64,000 nt of DNA from Bacteroidia bacterium (GTDB lineage: Bacteria > Bacteroidota > Bacteroidia > UBA4408). The notes under the pieces are model-generated. The model saw nothing but the letters and a program-made list of their open reading frames with translations. It was not told where the DNA came from and did no database searches. The translations under genes were made by a program, and so were the position numbers. Positions 47,027-58,543 of the stretch are shown piece after piece. How positions within the stretch are numbered: position 1 is the first letter of the stretch; every line of letters starts with the position of its first letter. The stretch is from the NCBI GenBank assembly GCA_035438985.1, contig DAORJK010000002.1:316442-380441 (forward strand), read 5' to 3'.

Positions 47027-48334
47027 ATGAATCATCTTTTAGAAAACATCAAAAAGGTAATCTATTTTATTCTTTTAGCAGTTGTTCTTCAAAGTTGTGC
47101 CAGTGGCGACGACGGACAGTTGATTGGAGCTCAAAACAGAGAGACCTGGTATGATTTCAATCCTTATGGAATGTTGAGTATTCCTTTGGGAAGTTTTCAA
47201 ATGGGTCCAAGTGATCAGGATGTACCCTATTCTCAAACAACGCAAGCCAAAACGGTTTCAATTCAATCCTTTTACATGGATGAAACTGAAATCACTAACA
47301 ATGAGTACCGTCAGTTCGTGAACTGGGTGCGCGATTCAATTGCACGTCGTAAAATTGCTGAAGCAGGAAATGAGGATTTTTTGCAGGCTGAAAACGAAGA
47401 AGAACCTGATTTTAGACAATTAAACTGGGATGAGCGCTTGAGATGGGATGATGAGGATGCAAAGGAAGCTTTGATGGATATGTTTTTACCGGTGAACGAG
47501 CGTTATTACCATAGAAAGGAAATTGATGCCCGTAAGTTGGATTTTGAATATTATTGGATTGACTTAAAAGAAGCTGCACGCAAAAGTAATCGTGAGCAAG
47601 GAATGACCGATCGTTCGGTCTTTATTAAGAAGGATGTAATAAATGTATATCCCGATACTTTGGCCTGGATTCATGATTTCACCTATTCCTTTAATGAACC
47701 GATGACCAATATGTATTTTTGGCATCCGGCTTATGACGAGTATCCGGTTGTTGGTGTTACTTGGAAGCAGGCTCGTGCATTTTGCATCTGGAGAACTCAA
47801 TTGTTAAATGGTGCTCGAATGGCACAAGAATTAACACTTCTACAAGATTTTCGCTTACCTACTGAAACAGAGTGGGAATACGCATCACGTGGAGGCTTGG
47901 CATTATCGCCATATCCATGGGGAGGTCCTTACATCCGTAATATTCGTGGATGTTTCTTAGCCAATTTTAAACCATTGCGTGGAAATTACACCGATGACGG
48001 AGGTTTAAATACATTAAAAGTAGCTACTTACAACCCGAATGATTATGGATTGTATGACATGGCAGGAAATGTATCTGAGTGGACCAGCAACGCGTTTGAT
48101 GAATCAGCTTACAATTTTTCACACGATATGAATCCGGATTATGTGTACGAAGCAACTGAAAATGATCCGGTAGCTTTAAAACGAAAAGTTATTCGAGGTG
48201 GTTCCTGGAAGGATGTTTCTTATTACCTTCAAAATGGTTCACGCACCTATGAATATCAGGATACAGCTAAATGTTACTTAGGATTTAGATGTGTAATGAC
48301 TTATTTGGGAAGAGTTCCCGGAGACGAACAATAA
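47027..48334 (+). CDS. gldK: Gliding motility / T9SS lipoprotein GldK (PorK; FGE-sulfatase-like fold)
   Basis: Lipobox 'VVLQSCASG' and a formylglycine-generating-enzyme-like domain ('VIRGGSWKD'). It is first in the gldKLMN order. Confidence 0.88.
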   Translation: MNHLLENIKKVIYFILLAVVLQSCASGDDGQLIGAQNRETWYDFNPYGMLSIPLGSFQMGPSDQDVPYSQTTQAKTVSIQSFYMDETEITNNEYRQFVNWVRDSIARRKIAEAGNEDFLQAENEEEPDFRQLNWDERLRWDDEDAKEALMDMFLPVNERYYHRKEIDARKLDFEYYWIDLKEAARKSNREQGMTDRSVFIKKDVINVYPDTLAWIHDFTYSFNEPMTNMYFWHPAYDEYPVVGVTWKQARAFCIWRTQLLNGARMAQELTLLQDFRLPTETEWEYASRGGLALSPYPWGGPYIRNIRGCFLANFKPLRGNYTDDGGLNTLKVATYNPNDYGLYDMAGNVSEWTSNAFDESAYNFSHDMNPDYVYEATENDPVALKRKVIRGGSWKDVSYYLQNGSRTYEYQDTAKCYLGFRCVMTYLGRVPGDEQ

Positions 48335-48390
48335 TTATTTTTGATTTTAAAACAATTCTAAACAAACAACCCTTTAATCTTTAACTAACT

Positions 48391-49200
48391 ATGGGAATCA
48401 TTCAAAAACTTCAGTCAAAAAAAGGAAAAACATTCATGGGTTATCTTTATGGATGGGGAGCTTCTATCGTAATTGTGGGAGCGATGTTTAAGATTCAGCA
48501 CTGGCCGGGTGCGGGACCCATGTTGGTTGCCGGTCTGTCCATTGAAGCAGTAATTTTCTTTTTCTCGGCTTTTGAACCAATTCACGAAGAAGATGATTGG
48601 AGTTTAGTATATCCTGAGTTAAGAGGTGCTGATGAACACGGAGCAAGTCGTCACAAAGATTCAAAAAGTAAGAAAGATCCAATTGCAGCGGAACTTGATA
48701 AAATGTTGAGCGAAGCGAAGATTGGACCAGAGCTAATAGAGAGCTTAGGTTCAGGAATGCGCAGCTTAAGTGAGCAAGCAGGAAAATTAACCAACATTAC
48801 CGATGCAACGGTTGCAACTCAAGGATATGTTGATAATATTAAAGGAGCTACCAGTTCAGTAGGACAATTAGCTCAGAGTTATATAAAAGCTTCAGAAGCA
48901 TTAACCGGTTTAACTAGTACCAACTTGGATGGACAAGTATATGGTGAGCAATTGGTTGCGGTTTCTAAAAATCTATCTGCATTAAATGCTGTATACGAAT
49001 TACAGTTACAAGGTGCGAACGATCATTTGAAAGTGACTAATAAAATGTACGAGGGCATGAATCAGTTAATTGATAATTTATCTGGTTCTGTTGACGATAC
49101 TAGAAAGTACAAGGATGAAGTTGGAAAGCTTGCAACCAACTTGAGTTCATTGAATACCATTTATGGTAACATGCTAACCGCAATGAATTACAATAGATAA
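48391..49200 (+). CDS. gldL: Gliding motility / T9SS protein GldL (PorL)
   Basis: Two N-terminal TM helices ('GASIVIVGAMFKIQHWPGAG...') and a cytoplasmic coiled tail. Confidence 0.88.
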   Translation: MGIIQKLQSKKGKTFMGYLYGWGASIVIVGAMFKIQHWPGAGPMLVAGLSIEAVIFFFSAFEPIHEEDDWSLVYPELRGADEHGASRHKDSKSKKDPIAAELDKMLSEAKIGPELIESLGSGMRSLSEQAGKLTNITDATVATQGYVDNIKGATSSVGQLAQSYIKASEALTGLTSTNLDGQVYGEQLVAVSKNLSALNAVYELQLQGANDHLKVTNKMYEGMNQLIDNLSGSVDDTRKYKDEVGKLATNLSSLNTIYGNMLTAMNYNR

Positions 49201-49264
49201 TTAAATATCTAACCTAGGAAATTTTAGTTAAACACTCCGAAATCGGACACAAAAAATATAGCGT

Positions 49265-50908
49265 ATGTCAGCAAAAGGGACCCCGAGGCAGAAGATGATT
49301 GGTATGATGTATTTGGTGTTAACAGCGTTGTTAGCATTGAACGTATCAAAAGAAATTCTGGATTCATTCATTATCGTAAATGATGGATTGGAAAAGACCA
49401 ATGAGAACTTCTCAAAGAAAAACGAAAAGGTGTATTCGGATTTTGAAGCCGCAAATACCAAGGATCCTAAAAAGACAGGTCCTTATTATGAGCGTGCTAA
49501 GAAAGCTCAAAAAATTTCAGCCGACTTAATTAAGTATGTTAAATCAATTAAGACCAAGCTACTTTCAGAAACTGATAAAATTACCATGGAAACTGCAGAT
49601 TCTATGCATTTAGAATATTTGCAGTCTAAGGATAATTACACTATTCCATCTGAAATTATGATTGGTAGTAACCCTGAAACTCCTAAAACAGGGGAGTATA
49701 CTGCTGCTGATTTAAAAGCAAAAATTAATGCTGCTCGCGCAGAGTTTATTAAATTGTTTGATAATCCTCCAGGGCAAGAATTGTTTTTACCGGTTGTAAA
49801 ACAACAAATGGAGAATAAATTAGGAATGAAAACTCCTGATCCAAAGCCAAAAGAAGGTGAAGTTAGAACTTGGGAAACTACCAATTTCGAGCATATTCCT
49901 TTAGCTGCAATCATCACCATCTTATCAGGTATTCAAGCAGATGTTAAAAACGCGGAAGCCGATGTTGTGAATCAGTTGTTTCAATCAGTAAAAGGACAAG
50001 ATTTTACTTTTGATAAATTATCTGCAAAGGTTATTGCCAAGTCAAGTTATATTATTGCCGGTGATGAGTATAGTGCCGATGTATTATTGGTTGCATCCAA
50101 TTCTACAACCAATCCTAAGATTATTGTTGGGGATACTTCTAAATTGAAATCCGGTGGCGAAGGAAAAGAATTACCTGTTGAAGGTGGATTGGGAAAATAC
50201 ACCATTCGTACTAGTGCCGAAGGTTTGCAAAAGTGGAGTGGAGTTATTAAAGTTGAAAAGCCAGGACGTCCGGGTGAGTTTGATTCTTATCCTTTTTCAT
50301 CAGAGTATCAAGTTGCTAAACCTGCAGCTGCTGTTTCAGCAACTAAAATGAACGTATTTTACATTGGGGTAGATAACCCTGTTGATATTAGTGCAGCCGG
50401 TGTTGCTCCTGAGAATATCGTTGCAAGTCTTGCTGGAAATGGTGGTACTTTAACCAAATTAAGCAGTGGGAAATACAATGTTCGCGTTGTTTCAGGTTCT
50501 AATAAATGTACCATAAGTGTTGGCGCTAAGATGGGAACAACTACACGTCCAATGGGTACACCTTTTGAATTCCGAGTAAAACAATTGCCTACACCAACAG
50601 CGTTTGTTGCAGGTGCTAATTCAGGAACTTTAAAGAAGGGATTAATTGTAGCCTCCGGAAACGTGATACCTAAAATGGAAAATTTTGACTTTGATTTGAA
50701 AATTCAAATTGTAAGTTTTAAAATGAGTACTATCGTTAAAGGTTTGTTAAAGGAAGAGGTTTCTAACTCCGGTGCGTTTACTGCTGCACAAACAGCCATG
50801 ATACAAGGTATTCCAACAAATGGTAAATTGTTTTTTGAAGAAATTAAGGCGAAAATGCCGGATGGAACAACACGTACTTTGAACTCAATTATTTTTAAAG
50901 TTCTATAA
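49265..50908 (+). CDS. gldM: Gliding motility / T9SS protein GldM (PorM)
   Basis: 'PRQKMIGMMYLVLTALLALNVSKEILD' is the GldM N-terminal signature. Confidence 0.9.
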   Translation: MSAKGTPRQKMIGMMYLVLTALLALNVSKEILDSFIIVNDGLEKTNENFSKKNEKVYSDFEAANTKDPKKTGPYYERAKKAQKISADLIKYVKSIKTKLLSETDKITMETADSMHLEYLQSKDNYTIPSEIMIGSNPETPKTGEYTAADLKAKINAARAEFIKLFDNPPGQELFLPVVKQQMENKLGMKTPDPKPKEGEVRTWETTNFEHIPLAAIITILSGIQADVKNAEADVVNQLFQSVKGQDFTFDKLSAKVIAKSSYIIAGDEYSADVLLVASNSTTNPKIIVGDTSKLKSGGEGKELPVEGGLGKYTIRTSAEGLQKWSGVIKVEKPGRPGEFDSYPFSSEYQVAKPAAAVSATKMNVFYIGVDNPVDISAAGVAPENIVASLAGNGGTLTKLSSGKYNVRVVSGSNKCTISVGAKMGTTTRPMGTPFEFRVKQLPTPTAFVAGANSGTLKKGLIVASGNVIPKMENFDFDLKIQIVSFKMSTIVKGLLKEEVSNSGAFTAAQTAMIQGIPTNGKLFFEEIKAKMPDGTTRTLNSIIFKVL

Positions 50909-50931
50909 AAGTTAAACATAAATCAACATAA

Positions 50932-51777
50932 ATGAAAAAGCTAAAATTAATTGCTGTATTCTTTTTTGTAGTGATGTTTTCACTTGTTTCGAAAGCACAA
51001 ACTAACGTTTTGGATGGAGTATATGTAAAAGAACATACTCCTGAACGAAAAGTTATTCCTTACACTTATTTACGTGAAGCTGATGTGCAGTGGGCAAAGC
51101 GGATTTGGAGAACGATTGACTTAAGAGAAAAGAAAAATCATCCACTTTATTTTCCTACTGAGCCGATTAATAACCGTAAGAGTTTAAGTCAAGTTATTTT
51201 GGATGCAATTTTAAACGATGGTACTATTACAGCATACGATGGTTTTGACGATGAGTTTAAAAAGCCTTTGTCTAAAGCAGAAATATCAGCTAAGATTGCA
51301 CCTAAATCAGATACAACTTATGTTGATGATCCTGAAAATCCGGGAAACTTAATTCCTAAGGTTGTATTAACCGAGTTTAAACCTTCCAGCATCAAGAAGT
51401 ACCGAATTAAAGAAGATTGGTTTTTTGATAAACAACGTTCTGTGATGGATGTGCGAATTATTGGCCTTTGTGCTTTGGAAGACAAATTAAATGATGATGG
51501 TAGCTTTAAAGCATTAAGTCCAATGTTCTGGATTTACTATCCTGAAGCGCGCTATGTTTTTGCTAACGCAGAAGTTTTCAATCGTAACAACGACAGCGAA
51601 AGAAGAACTTTGGAAGACATTATTTGGAAACGCGATTTCTCAAGTTTTGTTTACAAAGAAGCGAACGTTTATGACCGTGATATCAGTGAATATAAAAGCG
51701 GAATGGATGCTTTGCTTGAAGCAGAAAAAATTAAAGAAAATATTTTCAATTACGAACACGACATGTGGGAGTACTAA
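50932..51777 (+). CDS. gldN: Gliding motility / T9SS protein GldN (PorN)
   Basis: Signal peptide plus the GldN family layout, in the last position of the gldKLMN operon. Confidence 0.85.
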   Translation: MKKLKLIAVFFFVVMFSLVSKAQTNVLDGVYVKEHTPERKVIPYTYLREADVQWAKRIWRTIDLREKKNHPLYFPTEPINNRKSLSQVILDAILNDGTITAYDGFDDEFKKPLSKAEISAKIAPKSDTTYVDDPENPGNLIPKVVLTEFKPSSIKKYRIKEDWFFDKQRSVMDVRIIGLCALEDKLNDDGSFKALSPMFWIYYPEARYVFANAEVFNRNNDSERRTLEDIIWKRDFSSFVYKEANVYDRDISEYKSGMDALLEAEKIKENIFNYEHDMWEY

Positions 51778-51795
51778 AATTATTTTACCTACAGA

Positions 51796-51828
51796 AAAAG
51801 GCACCGAACTACTTCGGTGTTTTTTTTT
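51796..51828 (+). terminator. Rho-independent terminator after gldN
   Basis: 'AAAAAGGCACCGAA-ctac-TTCGGTGTTTTTTTTT'. Confidence 0.75.
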
Positions 51829-51896
51829 GGAATAATAATTCTGCTTTGTAGCAAGCTTGCTTTTTAAATCCTAACTTTAATGCCTAATTTTTTTAT

Positions 51897-54743
51897 ATGC
51901 CCCAAGACCCTTTTGAGCAGCTATCTGCCAAAGAATATATTATCATAAAAGGAGCACGCATTCATAATTTAAAAAATATTGATGTTGCTATTCCAAGAAA
52001 TAAGTTTGTAGTAATCACCGGACTTTCCGGTTCAGGTAAATCTTCCTTAGCCTTTGATACCCTGTATGCCGAAGGTCAACGACGCTATGTAGAAAGTTTA
52101 TCCTCCTATGCGCGGCAATTTTTAGGTCGTATTAATAAACCGGATGTTGATTATATTAAAGGCATTTCTCCGGCAATTGCTATTGAGCAAAAAGTTAATT
52201 CTCGAAATCCTCGTTCAACTGTAGGTACCACTACTGAAATTTATGATTACCTAAAGTTATTGTTTGCACGAATAGGTAAAACCTATTCTCCAATTTCTGG
52301 AGAGGAAGTTAAAAAGCATACAGTAAGAGATGTCATTAACAAAGTAAATTCATTTCCCAAAGGAACAAAGGTAATGCTCATTGCTCCTTTATTAGTAAAG
52401 CCACAATACACCCTTGAAAAGCAATTACAATTGTTACTCCAACAAGGTTTTACTCGGGTGAAACACAAAGATGAGATTTTAAAAATTGAGGATTCTTTGC
52501 ACTTGATTAGCGAGAAGAAACTAAGCAATGCAACTTCAGATTTTGCAATTTTTATTGATCGTTTTATCTCTGATAAAGACGACGAAGAGAATGAAAACCG
52601 AATTGCCGATAGCGTACAAACTGCATTTTTTGAAGGAAATGGAGAATGTTTTCTTGAAGTCTTGAATGAATCGAAAACCGGAAAAACTGAACGCTATTCT
52701 TTTTCAAACAAATTTGAAATGGACGGTATTACCTTTACTGAACCATCTTCTCATTTTTTTAGTTTTAATAATCCTCTTGGCGCTTGTAAAACTTGTGAAG
52801 GTTTTGGAAGTGTAATTGGAATTGATGAAGACCTGGTAATTCCGGATAAGAGCCTTTCGATTTATGAAGGTGCGATTGCTTGTTGGAAAGGCGATACCAT
52901 GAAAGAGTGGAAGGAAAAGCTTATCATGAATGCCGATAAATTTAACTTCCCAATACATCGCCCATATTACGAACTCTCAATTTCCGAGAAAAAGGTTGTT
53001 TGGACGGGCAATAAGCATTTTCAGGGTTTGAATGATTTTTTTAAGTTTCTTGAACAACAAATTTACAAAATACAATACCGTGTGATGCTCTCACGATATC
53101 GAGGTAAAACGAGTTGTCCCGATTGCAATGGCACTCGTTTGCGCAAGGATGCCGGCTACGTGAAAATTAACGGTATGTCGATTAGTGAAATAGTTTTAAT
53201 GCCCGTAAAAAAAACGGTTGAATTGTTTCGTTCGATGAAATTAACAAAGTACGAAACTGAAATTGCCAAAAGATTGCTCATTGAAATTACGAACCGGCTA
53301 CAGTTTTTGGTTGATGTTGGGTTGGGATATCTTACGCTGAATCGACTTTCCAATACCTTATCAGGAGGTGAATCACAACGGATTAATTTAGCGACTTCGT
53401 TAGGCAGCAGTTTGGTTGGAAGTATGTATGTGTTGGATGAACCTAGTATTGGTTTACACCCTCGTGATACCCAACAATTAATCAAGGTACTTTTTTCATT
53501 GCGAAATTTGGGAAATACACTCATTGTTGTTGAGCACGATGAAGAAATTATGAAAGCTGCCGATGAAATTATTGATATTGGTCCTATGGCCGGATCGCAT
53601 GGAGGAGAGTTAATGTTTCAAGGTGATTGGAAAAAAATTGAGAAGGAAAGTTCCAGTTTAACAGCCAATTATTTGATGGGAATTTCAAAAATAGAACTTC
53701 CTGAAAGACGTAGAAAATGGAACGATTTCATTTTAATAAAAGGCGCAAGAGAAAATAACTTAAAAAATATTGATGTTAAATTTCCTTTACATACCATTAC
53801 TGTTGTAACTGGAGTAAGCGGAAGTGGAAAAACTTCCTTGGTAAAACGTGTATTGTATCCAACTCTTAAAAAGATGTTCGGTGGTTACAACGAACAAAGC
53901 GGTTTATACGATCGCATTGAAGGTAGCTATGCAAAATTAAGCGGAGTAGAAATGATTGATCAAAATCCAATTGGTAAATCGTCGCGCTCAAATCCCGTTA
54001 CTTACGTTAAGGCATATGATGAAATTCGTGCATTGTTTGCCGAACAGCCATTAGCGAAGGCACGAGGATACAAGCCTTCCCAGTTTTCATTTAATGTTGA
54101 TGGAGGACGATGTGAAGTTTGTGAAGGAGAAGGTGAAGTTAAGATTGAGATGCAATTTATGGCCGATCTTCATTTGCAATGTGAAAGTTGTGGTGGAAAA
54201 CGTTTCAAACAAGAAACATTGGAGATATTGTACCATGAAAAGTCGATTGCCGATATTTTAGAAATGACAGTGGATGATGCAATTGCTTTTTTTGAAAGTG
54301 AATCGCGCCCTAGTTTAATTGAGAAGAAAATTATTCAACGCATGCTGCCTTTGGCTGACGTTGGTTTGGGTTACGTGCAATTAGGACAATCGAGCAATAC
54401 ATTAAGTGGTGGAGAAGCACAACGAATAAAGCTTGCATCTTTTTTGACTAAGGGAAATTCAGAAGAAAATTTGTTGTTTATTTTTGATGAGCCTACAACA
54501 GGCTTGCATTTTCACGACATTAAAAAGCTGCTATATGCCTTTAATGAATTGGTAAAGCATGGGCATTCATTGCTCATTATTGAGCACAACTCAGAGGTAA
54601 TTAAGTGCGCCGATTGGGTAATTGATTTAGGACCAGAAGGTGGGGAAGAAGGTGGTAACCTTGTTTTTGAAGGTGTTCCGGAAGATTTGGTTAACTGCAA
54701 ATCATCCTATACCGGAAAATACTTAAAAGATAAATTGGTATAA
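51897..54743 (+). CDS. uvrA: Excinuclease ABC subunit UvrA
   Basis: Two ABC ATPase modules ('[14 protein letters not shown]', '[11 protein letters not shown]'), zinc-finger Cys pairs, and a length of 948 aa. Confidence 0.97.
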   Translation: MPQDPFEQLSAKEYIIIKGARIHNLKNIDVAIPRNKFVVITGLSGSGKSSLAFDTLYAEGQRRYVESLSSYARQFLGRINKPDVDYIKGISPAIAIEQKVNSRNPRSTVGTTTEIYDYLKLLFARIGKTYSPISGEEVKKHTVRDVINKVNSFPKGTKVMLIAPLLVKPQYTLEKQLQLLLQQGFTRVKHKDEILKIEDSLHLISEKKLSNATSDFAIFIDRFISDKDDEENENRIADSVQTAFFEGNGECFLEVLNESKTGKTERYSFSNKFEMDGITFTEPSSHFFSFNNPLGACKTCEGFGSVIGIDEDLVIPDKSLSIYEGAIACWKGDTMKEWKEKLIMNADKFNFPIHRPYYELSISEKKVVWTGNKHFQGLNDFFKFLEQQIYKIQYRVMLSRYRGKTSCPDCNGTRLRKDAGYVKINGMSISEIVLMPVKKTVELFRSMKLTKYETEIAKRLLIEITNRLQFLVDVGLGYLTLNRLSNTLSGGESQRINLATSLGSSLVGSMYVLDEPSIGLHPRDTQQLIKVLFSLRNLGNTLIVVEHDEEIMKAADEIIDIGPMAGSHGGELMFQGDWKKIEKESSSLTANYLMGISKIELPERRRKWNDFILIKGARENNLKNIDVKFPLHTITVVTGVSGSGKTSLVKRVLYPTLKKMFGGYNEQSGLYDRIEGSYAKLSGVEMIDQNPIGKSSRSNPVTYVKAYDEIRALFAEQPLAKARGYKPSQFSFNVDGGRCEVCEGEGEVKIEMQFMADLHLQCESCGGKRFKQETLEILYHEKSIADILEMTVDDAIAFFESESRPSLIEKKIIQRMLPLADVGLGYVQLGQSSNTLSGGEAQRIKLASFLTKGNSEENLLFIFDEPTTGLHFHDIKKLLYAFNELVKHGHSLLIIEHNSEVIKCADWVIDLGPEGGEEGGNLVFEGVPEDLVNCKSSYTGKYLKDKLV

Positions 54744-54759
54744 ACCCAAAATTTACTAG

Positions 54760-55485
54760 TTACTTTCTCAATTCAAAATTCTGACCAAGGTACACCCTTC
54801 GCACAGTTTCATCGGCGGCAAGTTCTTCAGCGGTTCCGGCTTTCAAAATTTTTCCTTCAAAAAGGAGATAAGCACGATCGGTAATATTTAGGGTTTCGTG
54901 CACATTATGGTCGGTTATTAGGATACCAATATTTTTTTCTTTTAGTTTTGAAACAATACTCTGTATATCTTCAACAGCAATAGGGTCGACACCTGCAAAA
55001 GGTTCATCGAGTAAAATAAAAGCAGGATTCACAGCAAGGCATCGAGCTATTTCGGTACGTCGGCGTTCACCACCACTGAGTAAATCGCCTCGATTTTTGC
55101 GAATGTGTTGCAAGCTAAATTCATCGAGTAAAGATTCAAGTTTTTCTTTTTGTTCTTGTTTACTAAGTTTGGTCATTTCGAGTATACAGGAAATATTATC
55201 TTCTACACTTAGTTTCCGAAAAACACTTGCTTCTTGCGCTAGGTAACCAATTCCTAATTGAGCTCGACGATACATTGGTTCGTTCGTAATATCCCGATTA
55301 TCCAAATATATTTTTCCTTCGTTGGGTTTTATTAGTCCAACTGTCATGTAAAAAGTGGTTGTTTTGCCGGCACCATTTGGACCAAGCAAACCAACGATTT
55401 CTCCTTGATTTACATTTACCGAAACAGAATTAACAACTGTTCGGCTCTTGTATTTTTTAATTAAATTTTCGGTTCTTAAAATCAT
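54760..55485 (-). CDS. lptB: LPS export ABC transporter ATP-binding protein LptB
   Basis: '[14 protein letters not shown]' Walker A, 'LSGGERRR' signature, and a length of 241 aa typical of LptB. Confidence 0.88.
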   Translation of the reverse strand: MILRTENLIKKYKSRTVVNSVSVNVNQGEIVGLLGPNGAGKTTTFYMTVGLIKPNEGKIYLDNRDITNEPMYRRAQLGIGYLAQEASVFRKLSVEDNISCILEMTKLSKQEQKEKLESLLDEFSLQHIRKNRGDLLSGGERRRTEIARCLAVNPAFILLDEPFAGVDPIAVEDIQSIVSKLKEKNIGILITDHNVHETLNITDRAYLLFEGKILKAGTAEELAADETVRRVYLGQNFELRK

Positions 55486-55490
55486 GTTGC

Positions 55491-58010
55491 TTATAAAATA
55501 ACCTGCACGGTTGCACGAATTCCAAATTTAGCAATATTCGGATGGTTTAGGTAAGATAAACGCCACACGGCATCAACTCTGAAAAATTTTAGAATATTTT
55601 CAATTCCGGCTGCTACTTCAACATATGGTTTGTTGTGACTAAATAAATTTGAAGTATATCCAGCCTGATTAAAGGTGTAGAGCTTATCCGGAAAGATCAG
55701 CGCTTGTCTATTGGTGTCGCTTACCTTTCCAATTACAGCTCTGCCGGTTGCAACTTCGCGTAATTTAAGTTTGCGTAAAAGTGGAATACGGTTAAAGAAA
55801 AATCCATCAAAGTGATGACTTACAAAAGCACTTGCATATTCATCGCTCACAAATTCAAAATAGTTCATCAGGTTAAATGAATAAAAATCGTATGCAAAGG
55901 TTTCATTTCCCGGATGAAGCTCCAACAAAGGGTAAGGTATTTTACCGAATATTTTTCCGTATTGCAGCACATAGTTGGTGTACCCAATAGGATTAATTCG
56001 CAAACGATCTTCAATATTTACCACAATTTTTTTGTAATCGAAATCACTGTTAAGCACACCTTTCAAGCCTTCGGTAAATTGGATTTGGAAAACAGGAGAT
56101 TTAGTTCCCAAGCTAACTCGATCAAATTCGCCATCCAAAAAACGTTCTCCGTAAGCAAAGCGTATATTGATTCCTATTTCAGAAGATTTAATATTGGGAA
56201 TTGTAAACGTATCGTTTTCTTGAACAAACCGGTATCGGGTGCTTCCAAGTGGAGTCATCACCCGATGTGTTAGGATTAATTTTGTATTAAATCCATTGAA
56301 CCATTCTTTATCATAGAAACCTTTGTATTGTTCAACTTGAGTTAAATTTGATAATGGATTTCTTCTGAAAAGCGAAACAAATAAGTTATCTTGACGAAAC
56401 GCATTGGCATTTTGTCCCAATATCTCATAATCGTTTTTGTAGTTAAAAGCAAGCATTTGGCGAGTTGGTTTTTTTTGCAACATCCATCTAAATCCTCCGC
56501 CAACTTTGTATTTTTCATCTTTAAATCCGTAAGCCACATAACCATTCAGTTCAAACCACTTACTAAATGCATTGCTGGTGCGTCCACCAATACGAACTCT
56601 ACTTCCTTCAATCGTATTGGTGCTGTAAGTAGAGAATAGCGGACCTAATTCAATTAACTTATACACATAGTATCCGCCATAAAGCGTTTTAACTAAATCG
56701 GAATAACGTTTAAAAGCAGGTAATGTGCGAATAGTATCAACCAAGTGGTAAATAGATTCTTCATTTTTGGAGAGGGTATCGTGTCGTGCTCCTTCCCAAA
56801 ATTTCGTATCCTTATCACTGGCACCCTCCATTACAATTAGGTTATCGGTTTTTGAATAGAATTTTTCGTCTTTGGGGGCATTAATTATAATGTCTTTATA
56901 AGAAGTTGTTTTTCTGCCATATACTCCCATCATTTTTTTATCGAGTAAGGCAAAGTCAATCACCAATTTATCTTTACTCAACATCCAATTTTTACCTACC
57001 AAGTTATATTCCTGAACAACATTTAATGCAACGATATAATTGATATTTGCATCGTCCGGAATACTCATTTCCAAACGTTTTACAGCAAAGGTTGTATCGG
57101 CAATCCACATATTTCCGATAAAAGCCAATTCTTGCTTACGGCGCGGTTTAAATTGCAAATGATAGCACCAGTGATTATCAATAAAAAGTGAATCGATTAA
57201 ATAATAACGGTAAAATAACAAGCCGTTATCGGAAAGCGGACTTGTAAAATTTTTATCGATTACTAAAATCGCATTGTCATAAATATTCACTTGCTGGTAC
57301 ATATTACCTAAAACTTGAGATACGCTTTCATTTTTTATACCTGCAACTTTACTGGCTTTAATAATTTCTTTTTTAAATTTTGGATTCTTTTTAAAATAGA
57401 AGTCACTCAATGTTTCAGTAATAAACATGGGCAAGCTGGGTTTTTCATCGGCATGTGAACTGTCAATATTATCAAAAACAAAATCGAACGGTTTCAATAG
57501 TTTTCTCTTTTTCATTTTTTGAGAAATGTTGTTGATGTCGATTTCAATTTTATTGTAAGTTTCGTATTGATAAGCTTCCAGTTTTTTTACGTCATTTTCG
57601 TCCTTGTGCTTTACTACTTTTCTGAAAAGAATATTGGCAGGATTTTCACCCGGCTTAATAACTACCTCCTTTAAAGCAACTGAATTTACACTTAATTCAA
57701 TCCTTAATTCCTGAGAAATACCAGGTTTAACAGCGCGTGTTTTAGAAATATAACCGATGTAAGAAAATACGATACTGTCGACTTTATCACTTGTGCTAAT
57801 CAAATAATTTCCATCAAAATCGGTCGTAGTACCAATTCGGGTGCCTTTAAAAATGATATTTACAAATGGCAAAGGTTCTTTTGTTTCGCTATCGAATACT
57901 TTTCCGCTAATTCGCGTGGTTTGTGCAAAAACAGTAAGTGTACAAGCATTAATGATCAGAAATGCAAGAACAAAAGATTTAAAAAGGTAGCGAGAAAATG
58001 GATACTTCAC
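55491..58010 (-). CDS. Large outer-membrane protein with an N-terminal carboxypeptidase-regulatory-like (CarbopepD_reg) domain plus DUF5686
   Basis: Signal peptide, then '[38 protein letters not shown]' as the CarbopepD_reg beta-sandwich, then a long beta-rich region. Confidence 0.75.
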   Translation of the reverse strand: MKYPFSRYLFKSFVLAFLIINACTLTVFAQTTRISGKVFDSETKEPLPFVNIIFKGTRIGTTTDFDGNYLISTSDKVDSIVFSYIGYISKTRAVKPGISQELRIELSVNSVALKEVVIKPGENPANILFRKVVKHKDENDVKKLEAYQYETYNKIEIDINNISQKMKKRKLLKPFDFVFDNIDSSHADEKPSLPMFITETLSDFYFKKNPKFKKEIIKASKVAGIKNESVSQVLGNMYQQVNIYDNAILVIDKNFTSPLSDNGLLFYRYYLIDSLFIDNHWCYHLQFKPRRKQELAFIGNMWIADTTFAVKRLEMSIPDDANINYIVALNVVQEYNLVGKNWMLSKDKLVIDFALLDKKMMGVYGRKTTSYKDIIINAPKDEKFYSKTDNLIVMEGASDKDTKFWEGARHDTLSKNEESIYHLVDTIRTLPAFKRYSDLVKTLYGGYYVYKLIELGPLFSTYSTNTIEGSRVRIGGRTSNAFSKWFELNGYVAYGFKDEKYKVGGGFRWMLQKKPTRQMLAFNYKNDYEILGQNANAFRQDNLFVSLFRRNPLSNLTQVEQYKGFYDKEWFNGFNTKLILTHRVMTPLGSTRYRFVQENDTFTIPNIKSSEIGINIRFAYGERFLDGEFDRVSLGTKSPVFQIQFTEGLKGVLNSDFDYKKIVVNIEDRLRINPIGYTNYVLQYGKIFGKIPYPLLELHPGNETFAYDFYSFNLMNYFEFVSDEYASAFVSHHFDGFFFNRIPLLRKLKLREVATGRAVIGKVSDTNRQALIFPDKLYTFNQAGYTSNLFSHNKPYVEVAAGIENILKFFRVDAVWRLSYLNHPNIAKFGIRATVQVIL

Positions 58011-58060
58011 AGACGGGTAAGAAAAAGAAACATTAGGTTATTTCAAAATACTAAACAAAT

Positions 58061-58402
58061 TTATTCATTAAGCGCTTCCCAAAATTCAAGGGCTCGGCGT
58101 GTATGAGGAATTACAATACTACCACCCACCATATTGGCAATTGCAAATACTTCAAAAACCTCGGTGGTGGTTAGTTCGCATTCTTTACACTTTTGCAAAT
58201 GATATTTTATGCAATCATCGCAACGCAAAACCATGGATGCTACTAATCCTAGCATTTCTTTAGTTTTAACTGACAAAGCGCCTTCAGCATAAGTGTTCGT
58301 GTCTAAATTAAACAGGCGTTTCATAATTAAATTATCCGCATCTAAAATTTTTTCATTCATTTTACTGCGGTACTCATTAAATTCAGTTACCAGTTTATTC
58401 AT
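58061..58402 (-). CDS. Carboxymuconolactone decarboxylase / AhpD-like family protein
   Basis: 'RCDDCIKYH' is the C-x2-C-x3-H AhpD-core motif, and the size (113 aa) fits. Confidence 0.75.
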   Translation of the reverse strand: MNKLVTEFNEYRSKMNEKILDADNLIMKRLFNLDTNTYAEGALSVKTKEMLGLVASMVLRCDDCIKYHLQKCKECELTTTEVFEVFAIANMVGGSIVIPHTRRALEFWEALNE

Positions 58403-58543
58403 TGTATTTTGGGTAGTATTTAAACAAAATTAAATTCAAAAATTAAATTTTTCCAGAGTAACACATTAAAAGTATATAAAGTTCTACTTGTGGAAAATGA
58501 CAGTTCCTTGAACTTTATTCCAGTGATAAATAAGTTTATTTTA

